Assembly: GCA_963815195.1 (NCBI GenBank)
Contig: CAWFGE010000023.1
Location: 576,001 to 640,000, forward strand
Direction of reading: 5' to 3'
From: an uncultured Planctomycetaceae bacterium
GTDB lineage: Bacteria; Planctomycetota; Planctomycetia; Planctomycetales; Planctomycetaceae
DNA: 64,000 nucleotides
Shown: positions 62,204-64,000 of the stretch, in pieces
How positions within the stretch are numbered: the first letter of the stretch is position 1
How the letters are laid out: each line of letters opens with the position of its first letter
Position numbers and translations under genes: made by a program
Notes under the pieces: model-generated
Databases searched by the model: none
What the model was told of the DNA's origin: nothing
What the model saw: the letters and a program-made list of their open reading frames with translations, nothing else

Positions 62204-63472
62204 ATGCGAAAACTTATTGTGCTGCTTCTTTGTGTGGTGGCGGCCGGCGCCGGCGCTGTGAGTCCGGAGACCGTTGTGGCCACCGTGAACGGAGAGAAGC
62301 TTACCGCGGGCGGCGTCGACTCCATTCTGGCTGGCGTGCCTCCGGAGATGCGGGAGAAGCTTCAGGCCGATCCCAGGCAGTTCGTACAGCAGTACGCTTT
62401 GGTGAGCTACCTGGCTCACGAAGGCGAAGAGAACCAGCTCGACGAGAAGGAGCCGTACCGCGGGCAACTCGAATGGAACCAGATGCAGGTGTTGCTTCAG
62501 GCCGCCATCGCCGACCGTCACGCCAGCCTCCGCGAGGAGGGACTCAAAGAGGCGGATCTCGAAGCGGCCATGCAGAAATGGCTCGACGGCGTCCGCGAGA
62601 GCGTCCAGGTGTCGTTCGAGAACGAAGCGTTCTTCTCCGGGAACCCCGAGGAGGCCGGCACGGTCGATCTGGACACCGTAGTCGTCAAGCTAAATGGCCA
62701 GTCGGTCACCGCCGGCGAGATCAGAAGCGCGGTGGCGGGGGCGTCGCCGCAGGTTCGCGAGAATTTCAGGAAAGACGCTAAGCAGTTTGTTGGCGAGTAC
62801 GGGTTGATGCTACGGCTGATCGAGTATGCCCGGGAGCGTCAGTTGGAAAGCAAGAGCCCGTATAAAGAGCAACTCGCCTGGGTGCGGATGAACATCCTTT
62901 CCCAGGCTCGGCTGAATCAGGCGACCAACTCCGTCACCGTGACCAGGCAGGATGAGCGGGATTACTACGATGCTCACCTGGACGACTACACGAAGGCCAA
63001 AGTGAAGGTCTTGTACGTCTCTTTTGGGTCGGGCGACAGCGTGGGCAAGGAATTCGCCGGCAAGAAGGTGCTTAGCGAGGAAGAGGCGAAGGCCAAAATC
63101 GATTCCATTCGCGTGCAAGCCGCCGGGGACGCGGACTTCGCCGCACTCGTGAAGGAGTACTCCGACGACGAGACATCCAAGGCAAAAGGCGGTGATTTCG
63201 GCTCGATCGGCAAGAGCGACAAGATCCCCGAGCATATCAAGGACGCCGTCTTCGCACTGAAGGCGGGTGAAGTGAGCGAGCCGATTCGCCAGCCGAACGG
63301 TTTCTATCTGTTTCGGGTCGAGGAGACGGGAACGCTGCCCTTCGACGATGTCCGGAGAGAAATGAAGCAGAAGGTGCGAAACGCCAAGTTCGAAGAGTGG
63401 TTCGAATCGGTTCGCCAATCCATGAAGGTCACCTTTGAGAACGAAGAGTACTTCGATGGAGCCGCAAAATAG
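62204..63472 (+). CDS. PrsA/SurA-like parvulin peptidyl-prolyl isomerase with duplicated N-domain
   Basis: signal peptide, VVATVNGEKLT, DFAALVKEYSDD..SKAKGGDFG, AVFALKAGEVSEPI..NGFYLF. Confidence 0.88.
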   Translation: MRKLIVLLLCVVAAGAGAVSPETVVATVNGEKLTAGGVDSILAGVPPEMREKLQADPRQFVQQYALVSYLAHEGEENQLDEKEPYRGQLEWNQMQVLLQAAIADRHASLREEGLKEADLEAAMQKWLDGVRESVQVSFENEAFFSGNPEEAGTVDLDTVVVKLNGQSVTAGEIRSAVAGASPQVRENFRKDAKQFVGEYGLMLRLIEYARERQLESKSPYKEQLAWVRMNILSQARLNQATNSVTVTRQDERDYYDAHLDDYTKAKVKVLYVSFGSGDSVGKEFAGKKVLSEEEAKAKIDSIRVQAAGDADFAALVKEYSDDETSKAKGGDFGSIGKSDKIPEHIKDAVFALKAGEVSEPIRQPNGFYLFRVEETGTLPFDDVRREMKQKVRNAKFEEWFESVRQSMKVTFENEEYFDGAAK

Positions 63473-64000
63473 CTGTCCGGAGTTGCCTGGGTTTCAAGGG
63501 CGGCCGATCACAATTCGCGCCGAAGCGGACTTGCGGGTCTATCGGGGCCGGTTGCGCACCTCGGGCGCCGATGGCGTAGCGGTTTATGGCGCCTCCAGCA
63601 TCCGCGGCCGTCTGATTCTGCTGGAGCGCGGCTTGGTGAGGAAACCCAGGGAGCTGGAACGTATCTTCGTGCATGAGGTATTCCACTTCGTTTGGCGCGC
63701 TTGTCGAATCAACGAAGACGCGCGTACGAGGATTTGATCAACGCCGAGTGCGAACGTGGCGCCCGGGGCGAGCTCGGCTGGCCGGCGGAATTACGAAAAG
63801 CCTCCTTGTCGGACAGCGACCGGCTAAGACGCAGCCGGCGGTGGCGGGAATACATCTGTGAAAGCTTCTGCGATACGGCCGCATGGTGGTTTTCGCGAGC
63901 CGCCGATCATCCGGAGTGGACCCTGGCCCGGCGATACCGGCAAGGCCGCCGCCGGTGGTTCGCGGAGTTCATAAATTCCGGCCGGCGAATCGCCGTATAG
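63456..64000 (+). CDS. small HEXXH Zn-metalloprotease-like protein; 1 frameshift
   Basis: RIFVHEVFHFVW, then in the shifted frame YICESFCDTAAW; join near 63695. Confidence 0.65.

Noticed and set aside
61763..63472. 569-aa BON-PPIase fusion in the ORF track
   Set aside because: It arises from the indel near 61935; BON ends at 62126 and the PPIase has its own signal peptide at 62204.
1369..63700. Many split genes as pseudogenes or programmed frameshifts
   Set aside because: Indels hit essential or strongly conserved genes (pgsA, nadK, ispA, argG), often in short G/C runs, some compensate each other, and I saw no shared slippery motif; best explained by sequencing error.
1..64000. tRNA, rRNA, riboswitch, prophage or integrase
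   Set aside because: No recognisable signatures by eye in the intergenic gaps; a tRNAscan/Infernal run would be needed to exclude them formally.

Overview
GC-rich bacterial chromosomal window, most consistent with Acidobacteriota (Bryobacteraceae/Solibacter-like). This rests on gene content: Acidobacterial VWA proteins, TAT-signalled sugar enzymes and an Hfq paralog. About 60 genes are present: housekeeping (rodZ, pgsA, hflX-hfq, polX, rdgB-rph, recQ, xseB-ispA-tlyA-nadK, argF-G-H-R, suhB, moaDE), sugar and sugar-acid catabolism (three enolase-superfamily dehydratases, DUF1080, GH97, GH99-like, GH95-like, UroD-like, Gfo/Idh/MocA) and signalling (ECF/anti-sigma, HDOD, two kinases, NarL-type regulator). 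Many genes, including essential ones, carry 1-bp indels, which I read as long-read assembly errors, so gene boundaries were rebuilt across frames by eye. I saw no rRNA, tRNA, CRISPR array or prophage. The most notable items are: (1) a RAYT HUH transposase flanked by a perfect 32-bp inverted repeat whose outer ends carry stacked truncated copies, several ending at the same GGAC junction; (2) further REP-like families; (3) an Hfq paralog with remodelled RNA-binding faces; (4) a PGI-like and a DgoD-like protein lacking catalytic residues; (5) a tandem pseudo-dimer PrsA-like foldase; (6) two sigma28-type promoters, tandem ARG boxes, a candidate sRNA and a recurrent leaderless promoter layout. All family calls are from motif recognition only; no searches were run.
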